The position numbers were made by a program, and so were the translations under genes. Below the pieces are notes generated by a model, which saw only the letters and a program-made list of their open reading frames with translations, did no database searches and was not told the DNA's origin. 64,000 nt of DNA from Escherichia phage vB_EcoM-PM133, in the sequence record MZ234052.1; one strand, written 5' to 3'. Positions 21,920-40,369 of the stretch are shown one piece after another (position 1 is the stretch's first letter; each line of letters starts with the position of its first letter).

Positions 21920-21927
21920 TATTTATA
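21920..21927 (-). promoter_or_regulatory. late promoter motif upstream of gene 24
   Basis: tatttata on plus strand 28 nt from start. Confidence 0.5.
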
Positions 21928-21939
21928 CCATAAAAACAA

Positions 21940-21966
21940 CTAAAGGGACCCGAAGGTCCCTTAAAT
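21940..21966 (-). terminator. terminator after gene 23 (AGGGACC cgaa GGTCCCT, T-run on minus strand)
   Basis: hairpin followed on minus strand by TTTAGTTGTTTTT. Confidence 0.6.
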
Positions 21967-21975
21967 CGTCAAAGA

Positions 21976-23541
21976 TTAGATACCTTTAACATATACACGG
22001 CGGAAGTAAGCGTTTTTACCAAGGCTATTCAGAATAGAAGGCATACCGCTCTGGATGCGAGAAGCCGGAGCCTGAGCAGCGGATTCTGCAAATGGGTTGA
22101 TACCGATACCGTAACGAGTTTTGAATCCCATTACCGGTTGGAAGTTCTTCGGATCGGAACCACGCAGCGGAGTCAGAGCTACATATGGAGCATAGTAAAT
22201 ACCAGCATCCATTTCGTTCGGACCTTTATAACCTACGGTGAAATAATCCTGTTTAGCATACTGGTCGATATATACACGGTATTTACCACCCAGAACACCA
22301 GCAAATACTGACTTGGTAGTATCAGTGTTAAAGCCAGTAGCCAGACCTTGTGCAGCATAAGAAATGCCGGTATCAACTGAAGCCAGAACGTTAACTACGT
22401 TACGGGAAGCGATAATGAAGTTACCTTCGCCGCGACCAGTCTGACGAGCAATTTCAACTGCTTCTTTGTCAATCTGGAACAACAGAGCTTTAAAGGATTC
22501 ACCCGCCCAGCGAGCACCACGAATATCGATTGGGTCCTGGAAGTCAAATACACCAGCTTTAGAACCCGGAGTCAGGGTCATACCAGATTTACCAACCTGA
22601 GCAGAGTAGTTAATCCAATCAACAACTTCACGGTTGATTTCCAGCATAATTTCGGTAGCCAGAATACCAGACAGTTCAGCATCAGCATCCATACCATGAA
22701 CAGCGCGAAGGTCTTGTGCTAATTCAATAGAGTAAGCAGCTTTCAGCTGACGAGATTTAGCTTCGATAACTTGCTTATCGATACGGAAGCCCATTTCATT
22801 CCATGGGTTATCGGTAGAACCGTTAAAACCTTCCTGAAGTTCAGCGATAGAAGTAGCCATACCTTCAGCGATTTCTACCAGTACACCAGCTTCCATTTGT
22901 TTCTTAATTTCAGCATCTAATTTGTCTGCGTCAGATGCGCCTGAATCAATTTGTTTAACTTCTGTAGCTTGCAGATATACTGTACCAGTTTCCTGGAAGA
23001 AGTGAGTGTAAATAGTTCCGACTTCAAGAGTATCACTTGCTTTCAAAGCAGCGAATTTCTTAGCAGCACCCTGACCAGAGAACATTGCATCTGGACCATA
23101 CATTGGGTGGAATGCTTCTTTAGCACCGGAAGCGATTGGGTCTTTACCATATACTGCGCGCAGTGCGAATACCTGGCCAGTCGGGCTGTTCATTGGCTGA
23201 ACACCACAAATATCGAAAGCAATCAGGTTAGGAATAGCACGACGTACCATACCCATAACAGCTGGGCCAATCTGAGTTACTGCTCCAGAAGTCTGACCTG
23301 CAGCGATGTTGGTAGCATTGTAACCGTGGTCACCACCGATTTCAGCTTCTGTTAAGAAAGAACCGAATGCCTGAGCAATTTTTTCGTCTTTATATTCCGG
23401 AGCTGTCTGGAAATCTTTTTCCTGGTTTTCAAAGATTTTAGCGATAATCGCTTGTTTGCTATTAGCAATTTCCGGTAAACCTTCACCTTCCAGTAATGGC
23501 TTCCATTTGTTCAAAAGTTCAGCTTTAGTTTTGATAGTCAT
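21976..23541 (-). CDS. 23: major capsid protein (T4 gp23-like)
   Basis: 521 aa, N-terminus MTIKTKAELLNKWKPL. Confidence 0.97.
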   Translation of the reverse strand: MTIKTKAELLNKWKPLLEGEGLPEIANSKQAIIAKIFENQEKDFQTAPEYKDEKIAQAFGSFLTEAEIGGDHGYNATNIAAGQTSGAVTQIGPAVMGMVRRAIPNLIAFDICGVQPMNSPTGQVFALRAVYGKDPIASGAKEAFHPMYGPDAMFSGQGAAKKFAALKASDTLEVGTIYTHFFQETGTVYLQATEVKQIDSGASDADKLDAEIKKQMEAGVLVEIAEGMATSIAELQEGFNGSTDNPWNEMGFRIDKQVIEAKSRQLKAAYSIELAQDLRAVHGMDADAELSGILATEIMLEINREVVDWINYSAQVGKSGMTLTPGSKAGVFDFQDPIDIRGARWAGESFKALLFQIDKEAVEIARQTGRGEGNFIIASRNVVNVLASVDTGISYAAQGLATGFNTDTTKSVFAGVLGGKYRVYIDQYAKQDYFTVGYKGPNEMDAGIYYAPYVALTPLRGSDPKNFQPVMGFKTRYGIGINPFAESAAQAPASRIQSGMPSILNSLGKNAYFRRVYVKGI

Positions 23542-23559
23542 TTGTGTTAACCTTTAAAA

Positions 23560-24369
23560 TTAGAAACGAGATGCGACTTTCGCATATACACTTACAATAT
23601 CTTCTGCACCTTGTGCAGATTTATCTTCTACAGCTTCAGTGACGAAATTCAGTCCGGCTGCTTCAGTATCAGGAGTATTTATACTCTCAGTAATAGTGCT
23701 TTCATCTTTATTAGATTTCTTCACCATTTCTACGATTGCACTCAATTTACTTGAGAATGCATCTGAATAATCCATACCTTCGACCAGAGCAGAGACTTTT
23801 TCTTTTTGAGACTCAGTCAGATCTTTAGTACTTTCGCTCAATGCCACTTCACGCTGCACATAATTGATATATGCGTCACGCTTATTGAGTTCTTCGAACA
23901 GACGAGCTGATTCTTCTTTATGTTCTTGCAGTTCTTCTTCCATTTCAGCTACAACATCAACTGATTCTTCTGGAACAACAACGTTGTGTTCAACGAAGAG
24001 CTCTTTCAATCCACCAAGCATGGATTCAAACAGTTCGGCTTTGATACCTTTATCTACTGCTAATTTATTTTCAGTGAGCCATTCTTTTGCAAGATGGTCA
24101 AGGAATTTAGAAGCTTGCTCAGCGATTTTCTTCTCAGCTTTTTCTTCTGCTTCTTCTTTATTTTTTTCTACTTCTTCTTCTGCTTTTTCAGCAATTTTAG
24201 CGATATGAGATTCAGCTAATTTAACGGCGTGCTGCTTGACGGTAGCTTCGAATACAGTGCCGAAAGTTTCTTTTGCTTCCGGAGAAATATTAACTGATTC
24301 GAAAATACTATCAAGAGCAACGGAAGCATCAATTTTCTGCGCTTCGGCAATCAGTTGTTCTTTAAGCAT
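23560..24369 (-). CDS. 22: prohead core scaffold protein (T4 gp22-like)
   Basis: 269 aa, acidic coiled-coil. Confidence 0.88.
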   Translation of the reverse strand: MLKEQLIAEAQKIDASVALDSIFESVNISPEAKETFGTVFEATVKQHAVKLAESHIAKIAEKAEEEVEKNKEEAEEKAEKKIAEQASKFLDHLAKEWLTENKLAVDKGIKAELFESMLGGLKELFVEHNVVVPEESVDVVAEMEEELQEHKEESARLFEELNKRDAYINYVQREVALSESTKDLTESQKEKVSALVEGMDYSDAFSSKLSAIVEMVKKSNKDESTITESINTPDTEAAGLNFVTEAVEDKSAQGAEDIVSVYAKVASRF

Positions 24370-24396
24370 TTTGTAGTCCTGTTGTTTAGATAATAA

Positions 24397-24404
24397 TATT
24401 TATA
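24397..24404 (-). promoter_or_regulatory. late promoter motif upstream of gene 22
   Basis: tatttata 28 nt upstream of start. Confidence 0.45.
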
Positions 24405-25038
24405 ACGCTTTTTTCATGGCCTCTGCGAGAGCCATATAGGCGTCATCGGCACTTGTATCGGCTTCCGCCGTCTGTGATTCGGTAATTTCCTTAGGAGTTA
24501 CCCATGCATCTGGAGCACTTGGACCCCATACTGCATCAACACCTACAGTTAATTTGAATCCTTCGTTTACGATACGATAACCTTTATTTGTGTCAGTCAA
24601 TGAACCTAATCCACGAGAAGAAACTCCTGGAATCCATCCGGCACGAATATTAGCTGCTAATTTATCTCCAGGACCGTGGTCACCTTCAATAACACGAGCT
24701 CGTCCGTATACGTCATTTCCTTTCCACCACATATCTTCTATAATGATAGCGGCTTGCATCGGGTCAACATTAGCGCGTGGAGGATGATTTAATTCTCCGA
24801 GAGCTTGTTTAGTTAAAACTTGCTCATTAATATAGTCTTTTACCGCTTTTTCTAATATACGTTTTGGATAAAGACGTTTATTTCTATTGACGACTTCCGC
24901 TTGCATGAATATTCCTTCGATGTATAAACCCGGTTTTAAACCTAAGTCTTTTCCATCATGAGATTCAAGCATTGGTACGCCATCAATAATTTCGCCAGGT
25001 TGACCCCAAGTTTCAATTAGTAATTGGGGTTCATTCAT
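24400..25038 (-). CDS. 21: prohead protease (T4 gp21-like)
   Basis: 212 aa, synteny. Confidence 0.9.
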   Translation of the reverse strand: MNEPQLLIETWGQPGEIIDGVPMLESHDGKDLGLKPGLYIEGIFMQAEVVNRNKRLYPKRILEKAVKDYINEQVLTKQALGELNHPPRANVDPMQAAIIIEDMWWKGNDVYGRARVIEGDHGPGDKLAANIRAGWIPGVSSRGLGSLTDTNKGYRIVNEGFKLTVGVDAVWGPSAPDAWVTPKEITESQTAEADTSADDAYMALAEAMKKAL

Positions 25039-25463
25039 TAGCTTAATCCTAATGCTTTACGGCGTTTAAGAGCTTTTTTACGCTTACGCTGAGCACGAGA
25101 TTGACCTGCTGGATTGGCAATCTTCGTTTTGGTAGCTTTACGAGCAATTTGTCTACGTTTTGCTTTAGACAACCCGGTAGTTTGAAATGCATTACGTTCG
25201 CGGGTTTTGCGATCTTTAGTGCGAGTAATTTCACCACGGGCAGAAACATGTTTAACGATAAATTCATTTAACGGCATATTTTCATTAATAGAAGCTAATG
25301 CAACCGCTAAATCAGTTTCATCATCAAGCATATTCTCGACAATTGTATTTATATCGTCTTTATTTAAAGCAGAAGACAATTCGTCAAAGCGACCCTGTGC
25401 TTCAGGAATAAGTGCTTCGACATTCTCGAGAACTAATTCATGAGTTTCAGGGATCAGAAGCAT
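25038..25463 (-). CDS. 68: prohead core protein (T4 gp68-like)
   Basis: 141 aa, basic C-terminus. Confidence 0.75.
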
Positions 25464-25701
25464 TATTCATCATCCTCGTCTTCGTCAGAGTCTTTGTCTT
25501 TTTTGTCGTCTTTATCATCACTATCTTCGTCTTCGTCATCATCCTCGTCATCAGGTTCTTCACCTTCGATTAAGAAATTACGAGCGATAGCGATTTTTTC
25601 TTCTTTAATTAAATCAGTCGTTCTTGCAGCCATGGCTTCAGCAAATAATTTACGAGCGGCTACGAGGTCGTTTGATTTAATAGCTTCAATTAAACCTTCC
25701 A

Positions 25702-25702
<1 letters not shown>
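25463..25702 (-). CDS. 67: prohead core protein (T4 gp67-like), acidic C-terminal tail
   Basis: 79 aa, D/E-rich tail. Confidence 0.75.
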
Positions 25703-27327
<1,625 letters not shown>

Positions 27328-27338
27328 TTAAGCAGGAT

Positions 27339-27352
27339 GGGGATTTCTCCCC
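27339..27352. other. GC hairpin (GGGGA tttc TCCCC) between genes 20 and 19
   Basis: inverted repeat; no clear T-run. Confidence 0.35.
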
Positions 27353-27359
27353 ATTCATT

Positions 27360-27851
27360 TTATTCCCAATAATCGAGAGCAAGAGTTACTTCAAAGGTTT
27401 GGATTTCATTGTTTGAATCCCAATCTAATTGAAGTTCACCCACGTTAGTAGGCCACAGACCTTTAATTTCAATTTCTTTTGTTACTGTTTTAGCATCACG
27501 AGCATATTGACGAACAATAGCGCTCTTTTTATACTCTGCAGGTTTTCCACCAGTAATTTCGTTTCCTTGACCAGCAGCAATGCTTTGCCAATCAACAAAC
27601 TTCTGGCGAGCATCATGAGCTTCATCGTTCATTACTGTAACAGTCCAGTCATCGAATGTACGATCGCCTGCTACGTTAATTTTACGGTTCATAAATCCAA
27701 CTGGAATTTTTTCTACAATACCAGCTGGTAAAGCAGTGGCTTTACATTGGAATGTAAAATTTTGTCCAAGATAAGAAATTTCTACTTGGAATAAGTTAGG
27801 TCGAGCAAAATCACCAGATTCAAACGCTCGTGTTACATCATCTACAAACAT
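27360..27851 (-). CDS. 19: tail tube protein (T4 gp19-like)
   Basis: 163 aa. Confidence 0.9.
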   Translation of the reverse strand: MFVDDVTRAFESGDFARPNLFQVEISYLGQNFTFQCKATALPAGIVEKIPVGFMNRKINVAGDRTFDDWTVTVMNDEAHDARQKFVDWQSIAAGQGNEITGGKPAEYKKSAIVRQYARDAKTVTKEIEIKGLWPTNVGELQLDWDSNNEIQTFEVTLALDYWE

Positions 27852-27865
27852 ATTAGCCTCTGTAG

Positions 27866-27873
27866 TATTTATA
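27866..27873 (-). promoter_or_regulatory. late promoter motif upstream of gene 19 (second copy at 27925-27932)
   Basis: tatttata on plus strand 15 nt upstream of start. Confidence 0.5.
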
Positions 27874-27933
27874 TCCCTATGTTTAACCTAGGGCATATAG
27901 AATTAAAGAATTAAGGATATAGTGTATTTATAT

Positions 27934-27951
27934 GGCCTGCCGAAACAGGCC
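27934..27951 (-). terminator. hairpin after gene 18 (GGCCTG ccgaaa CAGGCC)
   Basis: inverted repeat in 18/19 intergenic. Confidence 0.4.
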
Positions 27952-27967
27952 TTTAGAATGCACCGTA

Positions 27968-29947
27968 TTAACCAGCAAGACCAGTTAACTCATCGAAATC
28001 TGCACCAGTAGCAGTTGCGACGAAATTCAAAGTAATATAATTTATACTGCGCGCCGGTTGAATATAGAATGTTGCAACAAACTCATTTCTATCAATTACT
28101 GACGGAGTGTTATTTGTTGTATCGCAAACTACACGATATTCATAAATTCCACCGAGAGCTTTAATTCCCTGTAAGTATTGGGCAGTTTCTGTGCGGAATG
28201 ATGAACGAGTAAACGCGTTGTTTAATTCGAACAAACGATATTTTGAACTACGTCCGATATTCGTTTTCAACATATTAAACAGACGACGAACGTTAATACG
28301 ATCAAATGGAGAAGGAACAGAAGTAGCTGTTTTATCACCATACAATACGTAACCATCACCACCTGTACCAGTTACTGGGTTGATAGCTTCTTGATATAAA
28401 CGGTCGCGCTGAGCTTGGCGAGTTTCAATAGCAAGTTTAATAACGTTAAGAATCTGACCACGATTATAACCAGCTGGAGACATCCAAGTCTGAGAAACGT
28501 TATCAGTTCTCGCGCATAAACCGGCAATATCAGCTGCTAATGGAACCCAACGATTCACATCATTATATTTGTCATACTGATATTTGTAGTTGCCGTCGAT
28601 TGCTGCATAGGTTGAACTGATATTAAAGTTATTATCAGTGTATGAACCTGCCGCAGTTCTCCAGTTAACTAAATTATCTACTGCACGAGTTACAGGAATT
28701 CCAACAACAGTTTCACGCGGTGGTGAGCACAATACTAAGCAATCTTGGCGAGCATCTCCAATTGAAACGACGTGTTTTTGGACAGTAGATGCTGTTTCTA
28801 AAGATTCACCGGCACAAGAACCCGCAATAAACAACTGAACGTCAACAGATTCGCGGTCAGCAAAGAAGTCCCAAGCTTCCATCAAATCTCCTGCTGTTAC
28901 TTCAGCATTTGATGATAATCCACCGGACAGAGTTAAAATTCCAGAGAAGCCTTCTGGCCAGTTTTGCGCAGTTGCGAAAATATATTCTGAACCACCTTTT
29001 GCGAAAAAGTCATCAATATAGATGTTACTATCGTAAATATCTTTTTCACCACGCTTAGTTGAAAGAACAACGCTTTGAACAATAGCATCATTTCGACGAA
29101 CTATAATAGCGTACTGTGAGTCAGTCTGCGGCCCATATCCAAATACTGCCTTGGCAGTAGATGCACGAGTACCACCACCTGGATAAATTGGCAGTAATGC
29201 AGAAGCGCCTTTCGCATAGTCAGCTTTAGATACGATTTCAATTTCAATTTTATCGCCTAATTCGCCTGGATAGAGAGCTACTACTCCTGGAATTCCATAT
29301 TTTTCAAGATTTGCTTGAAAGTCAACCGCTGTCATAGCAGCTTCAGCATTTTCAATTTCAGCTAATAAAATACCAGAATCAGTAATAATTTTTCCAAGAG
29401 TTATTACTGCAGCTAAACCGGAAGAAGATGAAGAAATTTCTGCAGTCCAGTTAGAACCTAATGTTGGGTATTCGCCAACTTCTTTAGCTTTAGCAATAAT
29501 TTTTGCAGTAGGAATATTAATTTTCTTAATTTTTCCATCAGCATCTACTTCGGTAATTTTACCTTCTGTTTCAACATCTTCTGAAACATATTTGACCGTG
29601 ATTTTATCTCCAACCGCGTAGTTACTACCTGGGGTAGAAATTGTGTATTCAATATTACCAGCAATCGGAGATGAGTTTTTAGCGGTATCTCTATCGACAG
29701 CGCGCACAACTCGCAAATCATTTCCATATTGTAAGAAATTCATTGCAGACATAAAATAGTCAGCAGTTTCAGCTGTAGGTTGACCAAAAGTATTAACTAA
29801 ATCTACTTCGTTTGTAACCTGTTTAATCTGAAAAGCAGGACCCCACTGGAATTTACCGGCCAAAGCTGCTGTACCAGTAGAGTTATTAACCACGGTGCTT
29901 TGAACCGTAGTTTCTTTGAGCTCAATGCCCGGAGATAATAAAGTCAT
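27968..29947 (-). CDS. 18: contractile tail sheath protein (T4 gp18-like)
   Basis: 659 aa. Confidence 0.95.
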   Translation of the reverse strand: MTLLSPGIELKETTVQSTVVNNSTGTAALAGKFQWGPAFQIKQVTNEVDLVNTFGQPTAETADYFMSAMNFLQYGNDLRVVRAVDRDTAKNSSPIAGNIEYTISTPGSNYAVGDKITVKYVSEDVETEGKITEVDADGKIKKINIPTAKIIAKAKEVGEYPTLGSNWTAEISSSSSGLAAVITLGKIITDSGILLAEIENAEAAMTAVDFQANLEKYGIPGVVALYPGELGDKIEIEIVSKADYAKGASALLPIYPGGGTRASTAKAVFGYGPQTDSQYAIIVRRNDAIVQSVVLSTKRGEKDIYDSNIYIDDFFAKGGSEYIFATAQNWPEGFSGILTLSGGLSSNAEVTAGDLMEAWDFFADRESVDVQLFIAGSCAGESLETASTVQKHVVSIGDARQDCLVLCSPPRETVVGIPVTRAVDNLVNWRTAAGSYTDNNFNISSTYAAIDGNYKYQYDKYNDVNRWVPLAADIAGLCARTDNVSQTWMSPAGYNRGQILNVIKLAIETRQAQRDRLYQEAINPVTGTGGDGYVLYGDKTATSVPSPFDRINVRRLFNMLKTNIGRSSKYRLFELNNAFTRSSFRTETAQYLQGIKALGGIYEYRVVCDTTNNTPSVIDRNEFVATFYIQPARSINYITLNFVATATGADFDELTGLAG

Positions 29948-29975
29948 TTTTAATCCTCTTTAATATGCTTTAATA

Positions 29976-33116
<3,141 letters not shown>

Positions 33117-33157
33117 GATTTCTCCTAATCTGGGCTTTAATTAGTTTATAATATTTA

Positions 33158-34859
<1,702 letters not shown>

Positions 34860-34871
34860 TTAAAATCCTTT

Positions 34872-34887
34872 GGGGCCTTGCGGCCCC
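34872..34887. other. GC hairpin (GGGGCC ttgc GGCCCC) between wac and gene 13
   Basis: perfect inverted repeat. Confidence 0.35.
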
Positions 34888-34890
34888 ATG

Positions 34891-36348
34891 TTATGCTGGT
34901 GATAAAAAGGTAGAAAGCAATACCCATTCGCCGTCTTTACGAACGTAAGCTTGGCCATCTTTTGGAGCTTCAGGAATATAACCTGCTTCTTGTAGAGCTT
35001 GAACGCTGCTCTGTAAAGAGGATATATTGTCTTTAGCTGTATTTACTTCATGCGTGACTGCCGCAATGTTGGTTTCATTCGTTTTTATAGAATTAGTTAA
35101 TCCTCGTTCTTCAACAGTTGATCCGTCAGGATTATTTCCATTTATAAGTGAAGTAAGTTCAATAACTTGACCTTTAATTCCTGTTCTATTATTTCCTATT
35201 TCAACTTGTATATTTTGAACATTATTGTTTAAAACTGAAACTTCTCCTTCAAGCACTGAAACTTTATTTAATAGAGATCCAGAAGGAGACGGTTGTCCTC
35301 CGCTGGAGTCAGTTCCAACAATTTGATTTAACCACGAAACATTCGCTCTTAAACCAGACGAAGTGTTTTCACCAACAATTCCGTTTAAAGACTCAATAGA
35401 AGTTGTGTGATTTTTAATTTTTCCTTTAATACTAGAAGGAATATCATCTGAACCTATAGAAGTTTCAATAGCCGTTAAGCGCTGTTTAACACCTTCACTC
35501 TGATTTAATTCATTATTAATAGCTTCAATGCTACTTTTGTTATTATTAATTTCTGTTATTATAGAAACATTTTCTGGGTATCCAATAGAAGATTTAATTT
35601 CTGCTATATCAGAATTTATTAAAGTTTGTTTATCATCTATAGTGTTTAATCTATTATAAATATTTGGCCCAAAATCTACTGGTTTATTACCAAGTTCATC
35701 ACGTAATTTACCAACTTCAACAGTTAATGATCCTACGTCAGATTCAGTAAATTTATTTTCTAATTCGCTTAAACGAATGCCTTGTGAAGATAATAATGTA
35801 CTATTTGTTATTATTCTGTGTTTCATTCCTGTGCTAGCATTACCAACAACAGGAAGACCGTTAATGTCTTGGCCAGAATATTGTCCTAATTCCTGTTTAA
35901 TCCACAATAAATCATTTCTAATTGTTCTATAAACAGAGTTTTCTTCATCATTAAATGGACCTATATCAGCAATAATTTTGTCAACTGTATTATTAGTTCC
36001 AGTTAATATATCAGTGTGTTCACTGGTAAGTGTCTTTAAATTCGATATGTCATTTTTATTAACACTGATCTGCGATAGTGCTTCTATATCTCCTGATACA
36101 TCTAAAACTCCTTGAATTGTTTTAATATCTTTCTGTGATGTTTCAATGGCAGTTTTAAGAATTCCCACATTTTCATCAAGAACTTCGACGTTTTTAAACA
36201 CGGAAACAATTGGTCTATTCATTGATCCATCATTTCCATACTTAGTACTAGCTCCTAATATTTCTTCACCATTTTTAATCCATGAAATACGTTCCTGACC
36301 TTCGTCAGGAACGCTATCAACAAAAGGTAACTCTTTTAATTCAATCAT
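34891..36348 (-). CDS. wac: fibritin (whisker) Wac
   Basis: 485 aa, coiled-coil repeats. Confidence 0.85.
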   Translation of the reverse strand: MIELKELPFVDSVPDEGQERISWIKNGEEILGASTKYGNDGSMNRPIVSVFKNVEVLDENVGILKTAIETSQKDIKTIQGVLDVSGDIEALSQISVNKNDISNLKTLTSEHTDILTGTNNTVDKIIADIGPFNDEENSVYRTIRNDLLWIKQELGQYSGQDINGLPVVGNASTGMKHRIITNSTLLSSQGIRLSELENKFTESDVGSLTVEVGKLRDELGNKPVDFGPNIYNRLNTIDDKQTLINSDIAEIKSSIGYPENVSIITEINNNKSSIEAINNELNQSEGVKQRLTAIETSIGSDDIPSSIKGKIKNHTTSIESLNGIVGENTSSGLRANVSWLNQIVGTDSSGGQPSPSGSLLNKVSVLEGEVSVLNNNVQNIQVEIGNNRTGIKGQVIELTSLINGNNPDGSTVEERGLTNSIKTNETNIAAVTHEVNTAKDNISSLQSSVQALQEAGYIPEAPKDGQAYVRKDGEWVLLSTFLSPA

Positions 36349-36357
36349 TTGTAATCC

Positions 36358-37908
36358 TTAGTAATGAACTTTAATAATATAGTTTAATGATATATTCCAT
36401 GGTCTAGTTTCATAACCAATTAATCCTTCACGATTAAGTGTACCATGAGCATCTCTCGGTCCACCTAATTCAAATCCATCATTAGTGAAGTATGAAGCAT
36501 TATCCCAGTCGGAATATTTTCTAGTTCCAAGATATCCTTGATAAACTGACGCGCCAAATGGGCCTTCACTTCTGTTATATTCACCCCAACCACCAGCATG
36601 TTTATGGTATGACATTTGTTGTGCCTGAACACCACCAACATGCATTCCGTCACATCCTACGCCCAGTCTATCCTTTCCATAGCCATCTTGTCCACGTTGA
36701 TTTAAAATATGACCGCCTGTGCCGGCTCCTCTGACGAAAAGACCCCGCATATCAGGAACGCCAGGATTATTCCAATCGCCACCAAATCTTGTTCCAACTA
36801 CGTTTCTATAATCAGGAAATTGGTCACCTGACACGGTTCCACCATGACACATAATCCAACCTGGAGGTGCTGAATCACCCGCAAACATCATAATAGTTCC
36901 AACCGGAACTCGTTCGGACGCATATCTTTCAGTGGCAACAGGTTGATCGCCATTTTTCCACATTCCACCGCGTGACCAAATTCCATTTGCTGTAAGATGG
37001 TCTAAATTTAAAGAACCATTAATAGTTTGTCCACCACGAGTATTAATTACATCTGCGTTCCATGCTAATGCTCCAGAGCTATCACCTTCAGGGGCAATAC
37101 CGGCTTGCGTCGTTAATTTAACTACTCCACGCATAGAACCGGTAGCTCCTCGACCATTTAGTGTTTCACCTGTTACTGCAACACCACCCAAATTATTATT
37201 AATTTCAGTCTGCGTTCCTAGGCGTATAACACCCTTATATTCATGTGTTGCAACAGAATTCATAAAGGTATACGGGGAAATTGCATATCCTTCGCGGAGA
37301 GTTCCTTGACGAATTTGTGCAACAGTAGATAATTGAACTACTCCTCTCACCGATTCTGTTGCAGTGTCTTCTGAAGGAGCTATTTGCGAAATTAATTTTA
37401 TTGCAAGTTTTTGGGTTTTTAGCGGAGTCATCGCAGTAGTATCATCAACTCCAGCCAAAGCTGCAGGTGTAGATGATATTTTAATAACCCCGTTTGATGA
37501 CTCAGACGAATATCTATTTTTGAACACATCGTCAGTGTGGTATTTCAGTTTTTGTGGTGTTATTGATGAATTATTATCTGAGCCTTTTAATGTTTCTTCA
37601 TTTGTTGAATAACGCGTTAAACCATATTTAGTTTCAGTAGCATTTGGATACAATAATCTTGTTGCTAATGTAGCTGGTGTAACGATTTTAGAATTATTAG
37701 TTCCATCTAAAACCTCTTGCTCTGACGCAATCATTGCTATTCCTTTAACTTCCATAGTTGCATCAGGAATACCATTTACGCCGATATTACTTATTTTTGA
37801 TAATGCAGACTGTACTGTCGTAACAGTGCCAGGAAAATTCGATCCAGTAGGATCGAATTTAACATATTTTGATTCATTTGATACGTGCTGATATGTATTG
37901 TTACTCAT
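36358..37908 (-). CDS. 12: short tail fibre (T4 gp12-like)
   Basis: 516 aa. Confidence 0.85.
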   Translation of the reverse strand: MSNNTYQHVSNESKYVKFDPTGSNFPGTVTTVQSALSKISNIGVNGIPDATMEVKGIAMIASEQEVLDGTNNSKIVTPATLATRLLYPNATETKYGLTRYSTNEETLKGSDNNSSITPQKLKYHTDDVFKNRYSSESSNGVIKISSTPAALAGVDDTTAMTPLKTQKLAIKLISQIAPSEDTATESVRGVVQLSTVAQIRQGTLREGYAISPYTFMNSVATHEYKGVIRLGTQTEINNNLGGVAVTGETLNGRGATGSMRGVVKLTTQAGIAPEGDSSGALAWNADVINTRGGQTINGSLNLDHLTANGIWSRGGMWKNGDQPVATERYASERVPVGTIMMFAGDSAPPGWIMCHGGTVSGDQFPDYRNVVGTRFGGDWNNPGVPDMRGLFVRGAGTGGHILNQRGQDGYGKDRLGVGCDGMHVGGVQAQQMSYHKHAGGWGEYNRSEGPFGASVYQGYLGTRKYSDWDNASYFTNDGFELGGPRDAHGTLNREGLIGYETRPWNISLNYIIKVHY

Positions 37909-38582
37909 GCTACTCTCTCAAAATAATAAAATACTGTAGGTTGTGTGTGACTATCTAGCGTAACAGTTTGCGCACCTAATAATTGCCAAGTTCCATACCC
38001 AGGTTTAGAAGGAGAAATTATTTCCTGTTTGAAAGTAATTCCTTTATCAGAGTATTGTTCTAAGATATGTTCTTGGTTATCTAAATACTTAACTTGTATT
38101 TTATTTCCTATGGTAGGATGGTCTTCAAATGAATCAATTGCAATAAATTTTACAACCATTTCCTGTAGAGCTATTCTAACGGCACTAGTAAATTCAATTG
38201 AAGTCATTCCATTAGTAGCTTTAACTGGAATACCAAACATGTTAACAATAACTGGGTCACCTGATTTGACTGAAGTATCAGTAACAGTTCCTTCAAATGA
38301 CCAATAGTCGGTTTGTTGCACGCCAGTAGGAGATACGCCGCTTATATTAACTAATACAGCTCCAACCGGTTGCTCTGCCATATTTCTAACATCATTGATA
38401 GCAGATTCTACATTCGGGTCATAAAAACCTTTTGCTATTTGTGAAATTGTTACAGCGCCTACTGGCTGATTATTCATAACCGAAATATCATTTTTCTTAG
38501 TTCTAAAACCAAGAAAATCTGCTAAGCGGGAAATAACTCCCGCTTTATTATTAAGTAAACTCATTATGCAATCCTTATCCAA
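37905..38582 (-). CDS. 11: baseplate wedge / STF attachment (T4 gp11-like)
   Basis: 225 aa. Confidence 0.8.
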   Translation of the reverse strand: MDKDCIMSLLNNKAGVISRLADFLGFRTKKNDISVMNNQPVGAVTISQIAKGFYDPNVESAINDVRNMAEQPVGAVLVNISGVSPTGVQQTDYWSFEGTVTDTSVKSGDPVIVNMFGIPVKATNGMTSIEFTSAVRIALQEMVVKFIAIDSFEDHPTIGNKIQVKYLDNQEHILEQYSDKGITFKQEIISPSKPGYGTWQLLGAQTVTLDSHTQPTVFYYFERVA

Positions 38583-40369
38583 CGGTATACAGTAATAGAC
38601 GGTTGAATATTACTAATATTAGTAGGAGGAGTATGTGAAGAGTTTGTTGTTGCGTAGTCTTCACGATATTTTGTATATATAGGACCAGTTTCGTCTGGGT
38701 CATATTGACAACCTCCAATAATAACTGATCCGTTTTCATCTTCAATTAAAACTTTTTCATCAGTTTTAGTCGCAGGAAGATTTGCGTTCTCAAGTGTCAC
38801 CGATGTTGTTCCAACTGTTCCACCGGCAGTATGTGAAGGATTTCCGCTAGAATCTAAATCATTATTGTTTAAAGCAAAGTTTGGATCCGTAACATCATCA
38901 TTCCATCCTACTAAAACTTGTCCTTTACCAAATAATTTCCATGAACCAAATCCCATATAAGTCACCGGATTATTTGGATTTATAGCATTTTCATAAATTG
39001 AACCTACAGGATAAATGCTATCGAAAATAGATGATATTGAATTATACGTTCTAGTATAAGAATCAACTTTTTCAACATTTGGCCAACCGATTTTATCAAA
39101 ATCTGTTAAGGCTACATCACCAGTAACTTCGGTAGATGATCCTTTACTAACATAACGGTCATCAGTTAATTCAATAATGTCATCTTTTTCTAAAAGAGTT
39201 CCTAAATCATTATTAAACCATGTTATAACGATTATATCACCTGATTCAAATTTTCTATCAAATAAAAGACTGACAGGTTTTCCATCTTCATATTCTATAG
39301 AATAATCTGTGTTCGATTCTTTCCATTCACCACCAAGAGATATACATCCTGCTTGCGTATCTGAGTTAGCACCTTCACACAAAAACAGAGGATATCCTGC
39401 TGTTCCAGCTTGTTGTTGTAAAATTCCATTAAAACGAACTTCAAGAGAATTAGGATTAATAGGTTCTCCAGGAATTAATCCAAATGCAGAGAATGGAATT
39501 GATTTCATTGTTGATAAATCAGTAACGTAAATACTTCCTTCTAAAGAAGTTTTTGACGTTAATTTTGAATCTAATACTTTTATTTGGCGTCTTGTATATG
39601 AACTTCTCCATTGTGATATACCATCCATAAATGTTTCAATTTGAACAGTGTCACCAATATTACAAGGCTGTCTTAACCTAATATTAAATCCATCAAGAGG
39701 AATCAATTCTCCTTCATTTTCCCCAGGAGAGCCAAAGTCACTGTTTTCACTAAATACATCGCCGTAATATAATTCATTACCACGGTGTTTTACTCGGATG
39801 TTATTAACATTATAGCTAGTTCCGCGGAAAACATCTAAAAAGTCCGTTTGTCCTTGAACTTCTACTAAAAATTCTTTACGTGCTACATTACTAATATCTG
39901 AACTAATAATTTTATCAATTTGTTTGTTTTTGACATATTCCCAACGTCCTGGAGCGCAATAAACGAGCTCTAAATCACTAAATTGAGTATTAATTTCAAC
40001 CGATGATGACGACCCTTTAATTGTATCTCCAGAAGCAGCTACTAAAGTAACTGGATTAATGTTCCATGTTGCAAATACATCCCTAGCTCTAATTACTTTA
40101 TTATAATCATTAACAGTTCCTTTAGGAAGTTGTAAAGTTACTCTTCCAGAAGAGGTATTAATAGCGTATGATTTTCCCCACTTAGCTTTTAATGTTTGAC
40201 CGGATGAAGCATTATAAGTTTTCCAGGCACCGGCTGAATATGGAACATCTCCATCGCCAAGTTCATAATAAAGTTCATCAAAGTTTTCATTTATTTTTAT
40301 ACCACCTTTACGCAGGTAGTCACCGGTACCATCATCAACAACATTACCGATATTAATATTTTGTTTCAT
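38564..40369 (-). CDS. 10: baseplate wedge (T4 gp10-like)
   Basis: 601 aa. Confidence 0.85.
   Translation of the reverse strand: MKQNINIGNVVDDGTGDYLRKGGIKINENFDELYYELGDGDVPYSAGAWKTYNASSGQTLKAKWGKSYAINTSSGRVTLQLPKGTVNDYNKVIRARDVFATWNINPVTLVAASGDTIKGSSSSVEINTQFSDLELVYCAPGRWEYVKNKQIDKIISSDISNVARKEFLVEVQGQTDFLDVFRGTSYNVNNIRVKHRGNELYYGDVFSENSDFGSPGENEGELIPLDGFNIRLRQPCNIGDTVQIETFMDGISQWRSSYTRRQIKVLDSKLTSKTSLEGSIYVTDLSTMKSIPFSAFGLIPGEPINPNSLEVRFNGILQQQAGTAGYPLFLCEGANSDTQAGCISLGGEWKESNTDYSIEYEDGKPVSLLFDRKFESGDIIVITWFNNDLGTLLEKDDIIELTDDRYVSKGSSTEVTGDVALTDFDKIGWPNVEKVDSYTRTYNSISSIFDSIYPVGSIYENAINPNNPVTYMGFGSWKLFGKGQVLVGWNDDVTDPNFALNNNDLDSSGNPSHTAGGTVGTTSVTLENANLPATKTDEKVLIEDENGSVIIGGCQYDPDETGPIYTKYREDYATTNSSHTPPTNISNIQPSITVYRWIRIA

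Noticed and set aside
16836-21976. Searched the uvsW/inh, 23/24 and tRNA junctions for homing endonuclease (seg-type) or intron insertions
   Set aside because: The intergenic gaps are only about 50-85 bp and contain promoters or terminators only; no GIY-YIG or HNH ORFs seen.
23864-24208. 114-aa Ser-rich plus-strand ORF
   Set aside because: Antisense to the gp22 scaffold gene (E/K-rich coding gives an S-rich reverse frame); spurious.
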